Origin: Octopus vulgaris
Lineage: Eukaryota
Assembly (NCBI GenBank): GCA_951406725.2
Contig: OX597828.1
Coordinates: forward strand, 18,724,001 to 18,788,000
Direction: 5' to 3'
Length of the DNA: 64,000 nt
The notes under the pieces were generated by a model, which worked only from the letters and a program-made list of their open reading frames with translations, was not told the DNA's origin and made no database searches. Shown here one piece after another: positions 1-11,345 of the stretch. A program made the translations under genes and the position numbers. Each line of letters opens with the position of its first letter. The first letter of the stretch is position 1.

Positions 1-619
1 TCCAGGATAACGTACGATATTTTTTTAAATGTAGTGAATTGGCCTGATCGTTTGAGTGTCTGATAGATTGTCTTCCAGTAGTGGTTCAGCCTCTCGATGC
101 TCTAAGTTCAGATCCTGCCGAAGTCAAATTTGCTGTTCATCCTTTCTTGTCGTACTTAATAAATGAAGTGTCAGTCTTGTACTGGCGTTAGTTATACACT
201 TTCTGTCTGTCTGTGTTTGTCTGTCTCATGTTCTGGAAGATATTATCAGTAGTCAGACCTGGAAAGAGATGCGCATCATCGGGCCTATAAAGTTTCAATT
301 GACAAATTCCTGGTGGAATCTTAGTTATATTTTTAAGTAGTCGTATTTATAAACAGCTGTAACGCACCAAGACTCTCCTTGAGAGAGGCAGTAGTGTATC
401 ATGGCACGCTGTTCGAAAACCAAGAGTCTATATGATAATTATGGAACAGAATTTAAGAAGCCAAAAATTCTAACAAATATACAAGCGTGTGTGTGTCTAT
501 TAAGCAGATTCATTTCCTTTATAACTGAAGACCCAACACTTCCCAATGTTGTTGAAATAATGATAATGCAATGTGTTATTCATTATATTTAATATATTAT
601 ATAATAATAATTCGGCAGG

Positions 620-655
620 TACCTGATGTAAAGTGGCGATGAAACAATTGTAGTA
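620..655 (+). ncRNA. Degenerate minimal type I hammerhead motif (PLE remnant)
   Basis: TAC-CTGATGT-(decayed stem II)-GAAAC-AATT-GTA-GTA. Stem I TAC/GTA, palindromic stem III, GUA site; A9 mutated. Confidence 0.45.
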
Positions 656-889
656 TTATACAATAAAGCGTGTGTGCTCAATCCATTCTCTTTTGTTTAA
701 ACCTCTGTGCGTGCGCGCGTGTGCGTGTTCAAAGATTACTTTTGTACAGTGGTAGAATGTCTGTCCTATTTACAGAACAGAGTTCGTGTCCCAAGAGCAG
801 TCTGATATAGTTGCAAGAACTACTTAATCAGTAAGGGCTACCCGGACGAATACACCAAAGGCATGTCAGAATAAGCAGGTATTCACACC

Positions 890-1240
890 TTTTATAACAG
901 ACCTGATGTTATTCTGTGGGACATGGAACAAAAGTCATGCAGTGTTGTAGAGGCCAGCTACCCAACAGGTGTGAATGTGATGTCGAAAATTCAGAAGAGA
1001 GAGAACATTTATGGCGAATTGATGCGGAACTTACAGCTTTTGTACTCCGACTATGAATTCTCATTTATACATAAAATCATAGGTGCATTAGGCTATGTAG
1101 CAACGAATTTGCTAAAAAAAAAAAACTTAAAATATTCGGTTTCACAGATGAAGAGCAAAAGAAACTGACGTGATTTCTCCAAATCCAATCTATTAGTGAC
1201 ACACTGAAAATTTGTAAGACATTCCAAAGGTTCTCCATGT
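890..1240 (+). mobile_element. 3' fragment of a non-LTR retrotransposon with a restriction-like endonuclease (R4/Dong/NeSL-like)
   Basis: Frame from 896 reads NRPDVILWDMEQKSCSVVEASYP...KIQKRENIYGEL...IIGALGYV, matching the RPD..E..K..Y..L..GALG pattern of the RLE domain. Frameshifted C-terminus LKICKTF. Confidence 0.8.
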
Positions 1241-1460
1241 GACATTCCTGTATGAATAGATGCACAGACTTGGATGCATGCAGCGACAATTCAACCAACA
1301 ATATACCAACTCAGTCACATATTTACAAACACCGGGAACTCTCTTAATTTAAAAAAAGTCTAGTTCCTTTGTTCATCATTTCATCTCATTTGTGTTATTG
1401 TCCAGCCTGCACTTGCTTCTATCTTTGTAATGCCTTTATGGCAAATCTGATGAAATAAAG

Positions 1461-1833
1461 AAGCTTGCTTCCCTACCGCATGATACAGTCCCACTGCATG
1501 ACACCTTGGTCAAGTGTCTTCTACAATAGCCTGAGGCCGACCAAAGCCTTGTGAGTGGATTTTGTAGACGGTAACTGAAACAAGCTCGCCGTATATATTT
1601 TATATATATATATATAGTGTTTGAGTATCTGTGTTTGTCTCCCCACCACCATTGCTTGACAACTGATGTTGGTATGTTTAGGTTCCCGGAACTTAGCGGA
1701 TCGGCAAAACAGACCGATCGAATACGTATTAGGCTTACAAATAATAAGTCCTGCGGTCGATTTGTTCGACTAAAGGTGGTGCTCCGGCATTGCCACAGTC
1801 AAATGTCTGAAACAAGCAAAAGAATAAAAGAAT
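1461..1833 (+). mobile_element. SINE family A (tRNA-derived, internal microsatellite), 5'-degenerate
   Basis: Matches the many other copies in the window (ccgaccaaagccttgtgagtggattt...cagtcaaatg.ctgaaacaag). Confidence 0.85.
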
Positions 1834-1870
1834 ATACATACATATATGTATGCATACATTCACACATATT

Positions 1871-1916
<46 letters not shown>

Positions 1917-1920
<4 letters not shown>

Positions 1921-2082
1921 TCTCTCCGTGTTTCTTTTCTGTGTATCTTTCTGTTGAAGAGCGTAGGCTCGAAACGTAAAAGACTTGTTCTATTTCTATT
2001 CCTGAGCGCCATACTAATACAATTGTTTGTTTGTTTGTACTCCACCTGCCTTCGTCTTTTGTTTATTTTCATAAGCTTCCAG

Positions 2083-2083
<1 letters not shown>
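1917..2083 (+). mobile_element. Penelope-like remnant with minimal hammerhead motif (1947-1982), inserted in (TA)n
   Basis: CTTT-CTGTTGA-A-GAGC-gtag-GCTC-GAAAC-GTA-AAAG. Flanked both sides by (TA)n. Related copy at 62720-62915. Confidence 0.65.
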
Positions 2084-2126
<43 letters not shown>

Positions 2127-2133
2127 TACTGTA

Positions 2134-2359
2134 CGAGTGAGTGCTGAAAAGCTGAAAAAGTCCTGGCTTTAAAGTATCAGGAAAGGCGGCCTGGCTGGAG
2201 GTTCAACCTTCCGAGTTCTTTTACGGAGCTTAGAAAAACTGAAGGACCACTGCAATAAGTGTGTGAATCTGAGAAGGGAATATGCTTAATAAAATCAAAA
2301 TGAACTGATCCCCCGGTATTTTCTTTTACCTAAAACCAGGAATTGTTAGCACCCTCCTG
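2134..2359 (+). mobile_element. Tc1/mariner-derived MITE
   Basis: TA flanks, imperfect TIRs (CGAG..GTGCTGAAAAG..CCTGG / CCAGGAA..AGCACCCTC), internal remnant of a mariner transposase C-terminus (ELRKTE../KCVNLRREY). Confidence 0.8.
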
Positions 2360-2381
2360 TATACGTATGCATATATATGTA

Positions 2382-2597
2382 CGCGGGGTGCAGAAAATTT
2401 CCTGGCTTTAAGGGTATTGTGAAAGGCCTGGTCGGAAGCCCAACCCTCCGAATTCTTTTATAGGGCTTAGAAAAGCTGAAGGACCGCTGCAATAGGTGTG
2501 TGGATCTTAGAAGGGAATATATTGAATAAAATCATAATGAACTGATCCTCTTGTATTTTCTGTTACGGAAAGCCAGGAACTTTTCAGCATGCCCTTG
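2382..2597 (+). mobile_element. Second, tandem copy of the mariner-derived MITE
   Basis: Homologous to 2134-2359; encodes GLEKLKDRCNRCVDLRREYIE*. Confidence 0.8.
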
Positions 2598-3094
2598 TGT
2601 ACATATATGCATATAATACCCTGTAGGTCTGTGTGTTTGTAAGTATGTCTCTACGTGTTTTTAGCTGCCATCAATCAACCGGAGACTGCTTTCATAGCTA
2701 TTTAACCGTCATTCTCTCTCTCTCTCTCGACTATGTCCGTCCGTCCATGACACAAAGTTTATGCTTATATGTTTTACTATGTTGTTTTATTTCATTTTAT
2801 TGACTGATTTACGAGGAAGAAGGTGGGGGCGCGGTAAGACAGTTTTACGATTTTCTTCTAACATAAGTGAAGTTGCTTGTTTTTGATGCTCTTACCCTTC
2901 AGATACTTTCGTGTATAGGGACTAATTGGACAATCTTTCAGATAAATGATGGTTAACACCCATCAAGCGTAGAATTTTATTTCTTTCATTCTATTTCATT
3001 GTATGCCTTTCATCCACAATCGTCCACAATCCACTCTTCTCGATCCTGTTCACATTAATACCTTAGTTAAAATCCATGTCTTGACGCAAAGGCG

Positions 3095-3360
3095 AAGGCA
3101 CGTGGCCTAGCAGTTTAGGGTGTTTCACACATGATCGTAAGATCACGGTTTCGATTCCAGGACACGACTGTACATTGTGCTCTTGAGAGAACCACTCCAA
3201 TCTATAGTGTTCCAGTGTATGTCCACTTAGTTGCAAACGAGTGACCGTGCGACAGTCTCGGTTGTGACCTCGGTCACTTACACACCATGGAAAACAAGAG
3301 TCGTAAGGCTTGAGACAGTCCATGTTTTTACTCTTCAACAGGTGTACGTGGGTGAACATA
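3095..3360 (+). mobile_element. Diverged tRNA-derived SINE (family D-like head)
   Basis: A-box-like GTGGCCTAGCAG, B-box GGTTTCGATTCC, followed by ttgtgctcttgag as in the family D copy at 46410-46722. Confidence 0.5.
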
Positions 3361-3394
3361 GGTGTATCACCCAAAAAACAGGAAGTTTCTTAAC

Positions 3395-3582
3395 CTCATA
3401 CTTGTGCCTGATTCGGTACCATACAACAGAATGGCTAGAGAGCGACTACTGCGTAGATCTGGTACTTGATTTTGGTAAACCTAAATCCTCGTTTCATAGT
3501 AATGGACGAAATAGTCATAATACTGTACTAGCCTTCGCAATTCTATTTTGTAATTCAGTATCAACGTGTTCATCTTTCAGAC
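3395..3582 (-). mobile_element. Decayed RTE-clade LINE ORF fragment
   Basis: Minus strand gives HVDTELQNRIAKASTV, then (frameshifted) KIKYQIYAVVAL..ILLYGTES; resembles the RTE motifs EI..RIAKA and K..Y...V...LLYG.E. Confidence 0.6.
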
Positions 3583-3646
<64 letters not shown>

Positions 3647-3754
3647 ATAAAGAGAAAGATAGAAATCCAGACAGACAGATACATACATACATGCATGCAT
3701 ACATACATAGACAAAGAATGGGACAAAGAGAAAGATAGACATTCAGACAGGCAG

Positions 3755-3796
<42 letters not shown>

Positions 3797-3850
3797 CATG
3801 CATGTATACATTTATATACACATTCGCATATACGATTATAAATGTGAGCG

Positions 3851-3884
<34 letters not shown>

Positions 3885-4164
3885 GACATACGTTCATGGA
3901 CTAAAAATCTTGTTTCTCAGACATTTTGCTTTGGGCTCCGCATTCTTGAATTCTTACAATGCTCTTTTGAACCTATCACAGCCATGAAAACACACACACT
4001 CACACACACAACACAAATATATACATGCATACACACATAATCACTCACACACACACATAATCACTCACACACACACATAATCACTCACACACACACACAC
4101 ACACACATATATATCACTCACGCCGCTATATGTCACGTACGCCGCTATATGTGTATTAAACATT

Positions 4165-4965
4165 AAAAAATGGAACAAAAACGCAATAGGGGACAATAAA
4201 ACATTCGGACAGATAGACGACACAAAGGCGGACAGGAAAAACAACAATTAGAGGGACAAGAAAAGAAAATGACTAGTCATTCGTGGCCGTCTTTCTTCAG
4301 TCAAGTTAACAGATGTCCTTACAGTTTCGGACAGTTACACTTGAAACTGTTCGATATGATTGCCCTCAAAAAAGTCTAAGGTAAGAGCATTAGACTCCTA
4401 TGTAAGAAAGCTAGCGAATGTGTACGGCAACAAAGACAAAAAAACGGATAACATGGTACACAATTACAAACACAAACAACAAGAATATAACAACAGGTGT
4501 CTTTCGACTGAGAACGAATCAAATTGATCTGGCGTGTATGAAGTGAAAGCCTTAAGGCAGGAACATAGGAGATGGACAGAAGAGGTGTTGGTGGTCAGCA
4601 GTCAGAGAAAGAAAGGGAAATATCATGGCTGGCCGGACACCGGTCACGTGGAAGGAGGAGAGAGGGGTATGGGGCAGCGGGATTGAAGATTAGAAAAACA
4701 TCAAAGACGTAAAGGGAAAGGTACCGGAGAGATAAACGAGGAGGAAAAGTGGGAGTTAGAGAAAGAGAGGGCCAAGAAATGTGAGAGAGAGAGAGAGAGA
4801 GAGGGAGCGAGAAAAAGAAATGAGGAAGAAAGTATGAGGGGGACTAAAAGACAGGGTAAAAGAATCGTACAAGATTTAGATACATACCTACTATAAGGTA
4901 AGCACAAGTGTATGTATCGTCTATCCGAATGCCTTATTGTCCTCTATTGCGTTTTTGTTCCATTC
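4165..4965 (-). mobile_element. Penelope-like non-autonomous element with inverted terminal duplication
   Basis: About 50-bp inverted repeats at ~4168-4220 and ~4915-4964; hammerhead-core motif at 4285-4350; related copy at 62580-62710. Confidence 0.55.
4285..4350 (-). ncRNA. Hammerhead-like ribozyme motif with non-canonical (pseudoknotted) strand order
   Basis: Minus strand: ACAG-U-U-UCAAGU-guaacu-GUCC-GAAA-CUGU-aaggacaucuguua-ACUUGA-CUGAAGA-aagac-GGCC. Perfect stems I (6 bp) and III (5 bp). Confidence 0.6.
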
Positions 4966-5057
4966 GAATATGTGCGCGCGCGTGCGTGTGTGTGTATAGC
5001 GATATGTTTGTGTTTAGATAGACAGACAGACAGACATATAGACAGACAGACATATAG

Positions 5058-5159
<102 letters not shown>

Positions 5160-5177
5160 GAGTATATGAAAATGTGT

Positions 5178-5400
5178 GCGAGCTGGCAGAAACGTTAGCA
5201 CGCCGGGCGAAATGCGTAGCCATATTTCGTCTGCCGTTACGTTCTGGGTTCAAATTCCGCCGAGGTCGACTTTGCCTTTCATCCTTTCGGGGTCGATAAA
5301 TTAAGTACCAGTTACGCACTGGGGTCGATGTAATCAACTTAATCCGTTTGTCTGTCCTTGTTTGTCCCCTCTATGTTTAGCCCCTTGTGGGTAATAAAAA
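5178..5400 (+). mobile_element. SINE family B (tRNA-derived)
   Basis: gcgagctggcagaaacgttagc...gggttcaaattcc (B box)...gaggtcgactttgcctttcatcctttcggggtcgataaa; many copies in the window. Confidence 0.9.
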
Positions 5401-5406
5401 AAAGAC

Positions 5407-5479
<73 letters not shown>

Positions 5480-6548
5480 TATGGATGGATGGATAGATGA
5501 GTATACGAAAATGTGTGTGGATGTATGTGTGTAGGTGAAGAAATGAATGACCGTTTTAGAATGAGAGAACGAAAAACACAAAGAGAGGCTCCTTTAGAAT
5601 CCGTTCGTACTCCAAGAAACCATATTTAGAACATATATTGCAACGAAATACCAACAGCATTGAAAGTAAGTAAGCCTCGATTCGAAACCTACCGAAATTC
5701 TAACATTCACCAACTTTCAGCATCACTGATGCAGGTGCCGAGATAATCCAATGGAAGTCTAATTATTGCGGAATTCTTTAAAGAATAATTCTATGTGGGT
5801 TATTGAAAATATGAATCTGCAATGAAGTAGAAAAATCATTTGAAAGCTGGGGAAAAAATCCATTAACAACTGCACTAACACTTCAAAGTAATTTTCCACC
5901 GAATTTTCTATGTCTATATATGCTTCGCACGTGTTTCTATGCAGGGAAACAATAATACTGAACGGCTATATTGGAAGAAATAGGGAATTAAGGAAAGACA
6001 TTTGGGACAGAATTTCAAACTGAAATATTTTAGGAGGGCAAAAATCGTATAGTGATGATTGTTCTAAAGCTTTATTGGACCGGTATATTGGAAGAAGTAG
6101 AGAATAAAAGAAGGTTATTTGGGACGAAATTTCAAAATAGAATATGTTTAGAATCGTAAAAATCTTATATGAATGGATGTGCTAATGCTTTCCACGCAAG
6201 ATTTAATGGAGCAGCTTTCATATAGCTCGGTGGTAACCAACCTTATAGTTCATGGACTTCCAGAAAGGAGGTCAGCAGAAAGAATTTTGGGGTCCGTGAG
6301 AGGGTTTAAAATTACAAGATTATAATGTAGCAAGTAGAATTACTCCCGATAAAAGGCTAATGGAAATAAATTTTTCCAAATTCCAAAATTCCAAAAATTT
6401 CTAAAATCTGCAGAAATAGTTAAAATATAATTTAGCCGTTTAAAACATGATCTGCATTTACATCTCTCCCGCTACTGAAACCAGGAAAATCAAGACATTG
6501 TAACAAGCAAACAGCGGCACTATTTCATGAAAGTGCTTTTGATTACTT

Positions 6549-7000
6549 ATCATCATCATCATCGAGTTGAACTTACTTGGATTCGCCTGACCTTTCTCCA
6601 CCCATCTCTATCCTCCGTGGAATGCAACAGTTGCTCTTTGTGTCATCCGGTAACTGATCGATACATTCTGAGGGAGACTAAAGCGATTAGGACCGCTTCG
6701 GACCATGTCAAGGTGCAGGATATGACGAAAATGGGTCACCACAAACCAGTTCCTTCTTACTCCTTCAGCAGTGCCCAGCGAAGCGAATTCTTCTTTCTCT
6801 GATGGCGTCTAATACTTTTGGAAGCCTCTTGTACAATTTTTCAATTGTATTGTGGAGTATTCTTTCCAGCACACAGCACACCGGACGAAGTATGCAAATA
6901 TAGATGTCACTAGCTCCTGCTTAACATCTTCAGTACTTGAGTAATCCTTCCTCAAATATTTATGCACTACTAAAATATTTCCGCTTGAAAAATTGGTCAC
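6549..7000 (-). mobile_element. Decayed 3' part of an RTE-like LINE with (GAT)n tail
   Basis: Minus strand gives KYL..DYSSTEDV, LYKRLPKVLDAIRERRIRFAGHC*RSKKELV and EDRDGWRKVRRIQVSSTR followed by (TGA)n; resembles the RRLRFAGHCWR and DRDGWR motifs. Confidence 0.75.
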
Positions 7001-7368
7001 AATTATCTTTCCTTCCAATACACCGGTCCGACATTATGTTTCCGTCATAGAAACACGTACGAAGCATATGTAAACACTAAAAAAAACGGTGTTGTCGAGT
7101 GGAGACTGAAATATTCTGTCAAGTATCCAGCTACAAATGTCATAACTGAACGCTTATTCACTCAGAGTGCGGACGAAATTATATCTCAGATCTTCTGAAA
7201 GCTTAGATTTCCGTTTTATGTTGAGAAATTTAAGTGCTACACAAACTTAGATCTTTATTGATACTGTCGTTTATTTTAGATGAATATCGAATTATATCTA
7301 TTCGTCAACTGAAAGATAAAACTGAGAAAAAGAGCAGAATTTGCAATATGAAGTGGAGTTGGAGGACG

Positions 7369-7550
7369 ACTGGTGGCGGGTTGGCGGCGGGCTGGTGGCG
7401 GGCTGGCGACGGGCTGGAGGCAAGCTGGTGGCGGGCTGGTGGCAGGCTAGTGGCGGGCTGGAGGCGAGCTGGTGGCGGGCTGGCGGCGAGCTGGTGGTGG
7501 GCTGGAGGCGGGCTGGCGGCAGGCTGGTGGCGGGCTGGCGGCGAGCTGGC
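7369..7550. repeat. GC-rich minisatellite, ~11-bp unit GGCGGGCTGG(T/C/A)
   Basis: Seen directly; includes repeated GCTGGTGG. Confidence 0.9.
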
Positions 7551-8194
7551 AATTACTTCATAATGATTTCAAATTTCGGCACAAGGCCAGCAAATTCGGC
7601 GGAAGGAGCAAGTCGATCACATCGACCCCAGTGTTCAACTGGTACTCATTGCATCGACCTCGACCGAATTTGAAAGCAGAACTAAAGACGGACAAAATGC
7701 AGTTATGTATTTTGTCTGAGATGCAAACGATTCTGGTTTTAAGAAAATATATGTCAAAGTATAATCGAAGACAATTCTACGATTTCATATTCGTTTTGCA
7801 TGGCGTCTTGGAATGGGCAACGAAAAGGAAAGCAGAACTGTGAAAGTTCTACAAAGACGCCAGTATTCTTTCCATATCAAAACGGAAATGGATTTCTTTC
7901 AGATCAAAATACTTTATAATTTCTATGCCAGTGAGGAGTCAACTCTTTTGGCTGTTGCTCGGTCTGCTAGAATTAGCAGCCAAACCTATCTTGAATTATC
8001 TCCTAGAGGCTTGAGAGAATGATGAACATATTTGATAATACGCTATAACTGAAACAAAAATGGTTACAGCTGAAATATTTTTGATCATAGGGCTAAATCG
8101 GATTAAACAAAACACGGTAACTCTGTCAACCAAGAAATATCAAAGAGATTCTTGAGAAACTAGATATGCTCAATAAAAGATACACACATATAAG

Positions 8195-8577
8195 CGAAGC
8201 CGTGGCTGTGTGGTAAGATGTTTGCTTCCCAATCACACGGTCTTCGGTTCAGTACCAGTGAGTGGTACGGTACCTTGGACAAATGTCTTCTACTAAGCCT
8301 CGAGCCCACCAAAGCCTTTTGAGTGAATTTGGTAGACGGAAACTGAAAGAAGCATGTTGTATATATCTCTGCAAGTGTGTATTTTGTATCCGTGTTCTTT
8401 CCCCCACAACCGGTGTTGGTGTGTTTACCTCCCAATAATTTAGCGGTTCGGCGAGATAGAATAAGAACTACGCTTCAAAAAACAAATAAATACTATGGTC
8501 GATTCAACTAAAAGTCCTTCAAGGCGATGCCCCAGCATGACCGCAGTCTAATGACTGAAACGGGGGAAAAGATAAGA

Positions 8578-8578
<1 letters not shown>
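8195..8578 (+). mobile_element. SINE family A, diverged
   Basis: Homology to other family A copies. Confidence 0.8.
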
Positions 8579-8598
<20 letters not shown>

Positions 8599-8608
<10 letters not shown>

Positions 8609-9008
8609 TATTAGAGACAAAACCACTATTTTGCAAAACAAACAAGGAAAGACTTAATCAATACATAAAATTTTAATAAATAGTCAAAAAAACCGCCACT
8701 ACAATTGTTTCTTGTCTTGATCGACAATCTTCAGGTGGACTTCCAATAAGTCAGTTTCAAATTATTCATAATTTGAAACTGACTTATTGGAAGTCCACCT
8801 GAAGATTGTCGATCAAGACAAGAAACAATTGTAGTAGCGGTTTTTTTGACTATTTATTAAAATTTTATGTATTGATTAAGTCTTTCCTTGTTTGTTTTGC
8901 AAAATAGTGGTTTTGTCTCTAATAATATTTTATAATATTTTACTATAAAATTGGATTTAATCCTAAATCCGATTTTTTCCCTGTAAATTTGGATTTATTC
9001 CCTAATAT

Positions 9009-9022
<14 letters not shown>
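8599..9022 (+). mobile_element. Penelope-like pseudo-LTR remnant with inverted duplication (palindrome 8599-8934)
   Basis: 167-bp arms around a 2-nt spacer (8766-8767); each arm carries a minimal HHR; flanked by (TA)n. Confidence 0.8.
8696..8738 (-). ncRNA. Minimal type I hammerhead ribozyme motif
   Basis: CCAC-CUGAAGA-UUGUC-gaucaa-GACAA-GAAAC-AAUU-GUA-GUGG. Mirror copy on + at 8795-8837 has one stem I mismatch. Confidence 0.75.
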
Positions 9023-9075
<53 letters not shown>

Positions 9076-9079
<4 letters not shown>

Positions 9080-9278
9080 AAAGGTTTCTAAAAAGCCTCT
9101 GACTTTGGGTAAAAAAATACAGGAAGATCAGTTAATTATGAATTTATTCAACATATTCCCCTCTCAGATTCACACATCGCAGCAGTTCTTCAGTTTTTCT
9201 AAGCCCTATAAAAGAACTCGGAAGTTTGAACCTTCAGCCAGGCCTTTCGCTATACTCTTAAAGCAAGAAACTTTTCGA

Positions 9279-9280
<2 letters not shown>
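9076..9280 (-). mobile_element. Mariner-derived MITE
   Basis: Reverse complement of the 2134-2359 family. Confidence 0.75.
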
Positions 9281-9347
<67 letters not shown>

Positions 9348-9449
9348 GTAAGTATGTGTGTGTGTATATATTTTTTTTTCAGCTCTAGAAGGAAGTGCTG
9401 TCCCGATCACTCTCCCGAAGGTCCTCTGAGACTAGTTAGTACAGTGTTG

Positions 9450-9655
9450 AAATTTTAGCACAACGCCAGCAGTTTTGGAGAAGGGTGTAAATCGATTATG
9501 TGGACCCCATTATTAACTGGCATTTATTTTATTGACATCGAAAGGAGAAAAGACAATGTCGACCTCGACGGAACTTGAACTCAGAACGTAAAGACAGGCG
9601 AAATGCCGCTAAGCATTTTGTCCGAAGTGCTAACGATTCTGCCAGCTCGCCGCCT
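9450..9655 (-). mobile_element. SINE family B
   Basis: gtcgacctcgacggaacttgaactcagaacg...gccagctcgccgcc. Confidence 0.8.
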
Positions 9656-10476
9656 TAAACAGCGTTGAAATTCAATTCTGAAATACTGACGGCCCTAATA
9701 AGGAATAAAAATGCATTGGTTTTGATTCGAGAAAAAGTCTCAGTAGAAACAGCTGCTAGAATTTAACACTTCATATTAATTTTCTAAACCACAAAATATG
9801 TTTAACTAAAAATACCAATGCTTAAAACTGAAGGATTACCGAAATAAAGAGCAGGTGTTGAAATGAAACAAGATCTTCATTCGAAGGTTATAATCATTGA
9901 AAGTCTAAGAGGATCGTAACCGGAATGAAAATGTCTCAATTGCGCGTTCAAGAATCGTGTATCTGTCACAAACAGTTGTCAAAATTCAAAAGTTGGGAAG
10001 TCTAAGATTTCCAACAATGTTCAGTTATCGATAGAATTACAAGATTCTTTTGTCCTTCACAACAAATGATTTTCGGAGCTCGTAACTCTATGATGTTTTG
10101 GCATTAATAATATCAACAATAGCCATTATTATTTACGCTTAAAACTCTCAAAAGACATTGACCTTTATATTGTGTAAGACTCCTATGTAAACTTTTCCCT
10201 TACGCTGCATATTTCCACGAACCCTTCTATATACGTTTTCGTAAGCTATGAATTGCAGCCCTTTCGAACAAAAGAGTGAAAAATCATTTTAAAATATATT
10301 ATCCGTATAAGTGTGATATTGGTAGGGATATAAGGGATGTGAGTGTATATGCTTGTGTACGTACGTAGGTCAACATACGCGTACGTATCTGTGCGAATAT
10401 ATGCGTGTAGTTATATCTTATATCTGCGTTACTAACATTGCACCATATGTAAATACACACATACACATATAAATAC

Positions 10477-10562
<86 letters not shown>

Positions 10563-10591
10563 GTGTGTGAGTGAGTGTTTATGTGTGTATA

Positions 10592-10737
10592 GGTGCAGGC
10601 GTGGTTGTGTGGTAAGAAACTGCTTTCGAACTACATGGTTCCGAGTTCAGTCCCACTACGTGGCACCTTGAGCAAGTATGTTCTACTATAGCCTCGGGAC
10701 GAGTGAATTTAATACACGGAAACTGAAAGAAACCTGT

Positions 10738-10823
<86 letters not shown>

Positions 10824-11075
10824 TGTATGTATGTATGTATGTGTATATATGAATATGTATATGTGTGTGAATGTCATTGTGTCTGTGTTTGTCCCTCACC
10901 ACCGCTTAACAACAAGTGATGATGTGCTTACGTCCCCGTAACTTAGTGGTTCGGCAAAAGAAACCTATAGAATACGTACTAAGCTCAAAAGAAAGTAAGT
11001 CCTAGGATCGATTTTTAAACTAAAATCCTTCAAGGCGTTACTCCAGCATTGCCGTAGTCAAACGACTAAAATAAG
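10592..11075 (+). mobile_element. SINE family A
   Basis: Head, internal (TA)n(TATG)n, body and tail present. Confidence 0.85.
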
Positions 11076-11097
11076 TAAATTAAAAATATATATATAT

Positions 11098-11306
11098 GGC
11101 GTAGGAGTGGTTGTGTGGTAAGTAGCTTGCTTACCAACCACATGTTTCCGGGTTCAGTCCCACTGCGTAGCATCTTGGGCAAGTGTCTTCTACTATAGCC
11201 TCGGGCCGACCAAAGCCTTGTGAGTGGATTTGGTAAACAGAAACTGAAAGAAGCCCGTCGTATATATATGTATATATATATATATGTGTGTGTGTGTATA
11301 TATATG

Positions 11307-11345
<39 letters not shown>

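Noticed and set aside
7369-7550. Repeated GCTGGTGG (E. coli Chi)
   Set aside because: A by-product of the minisatellite unit; RecBCD Chi has no function in a eukaryotic nucleus.
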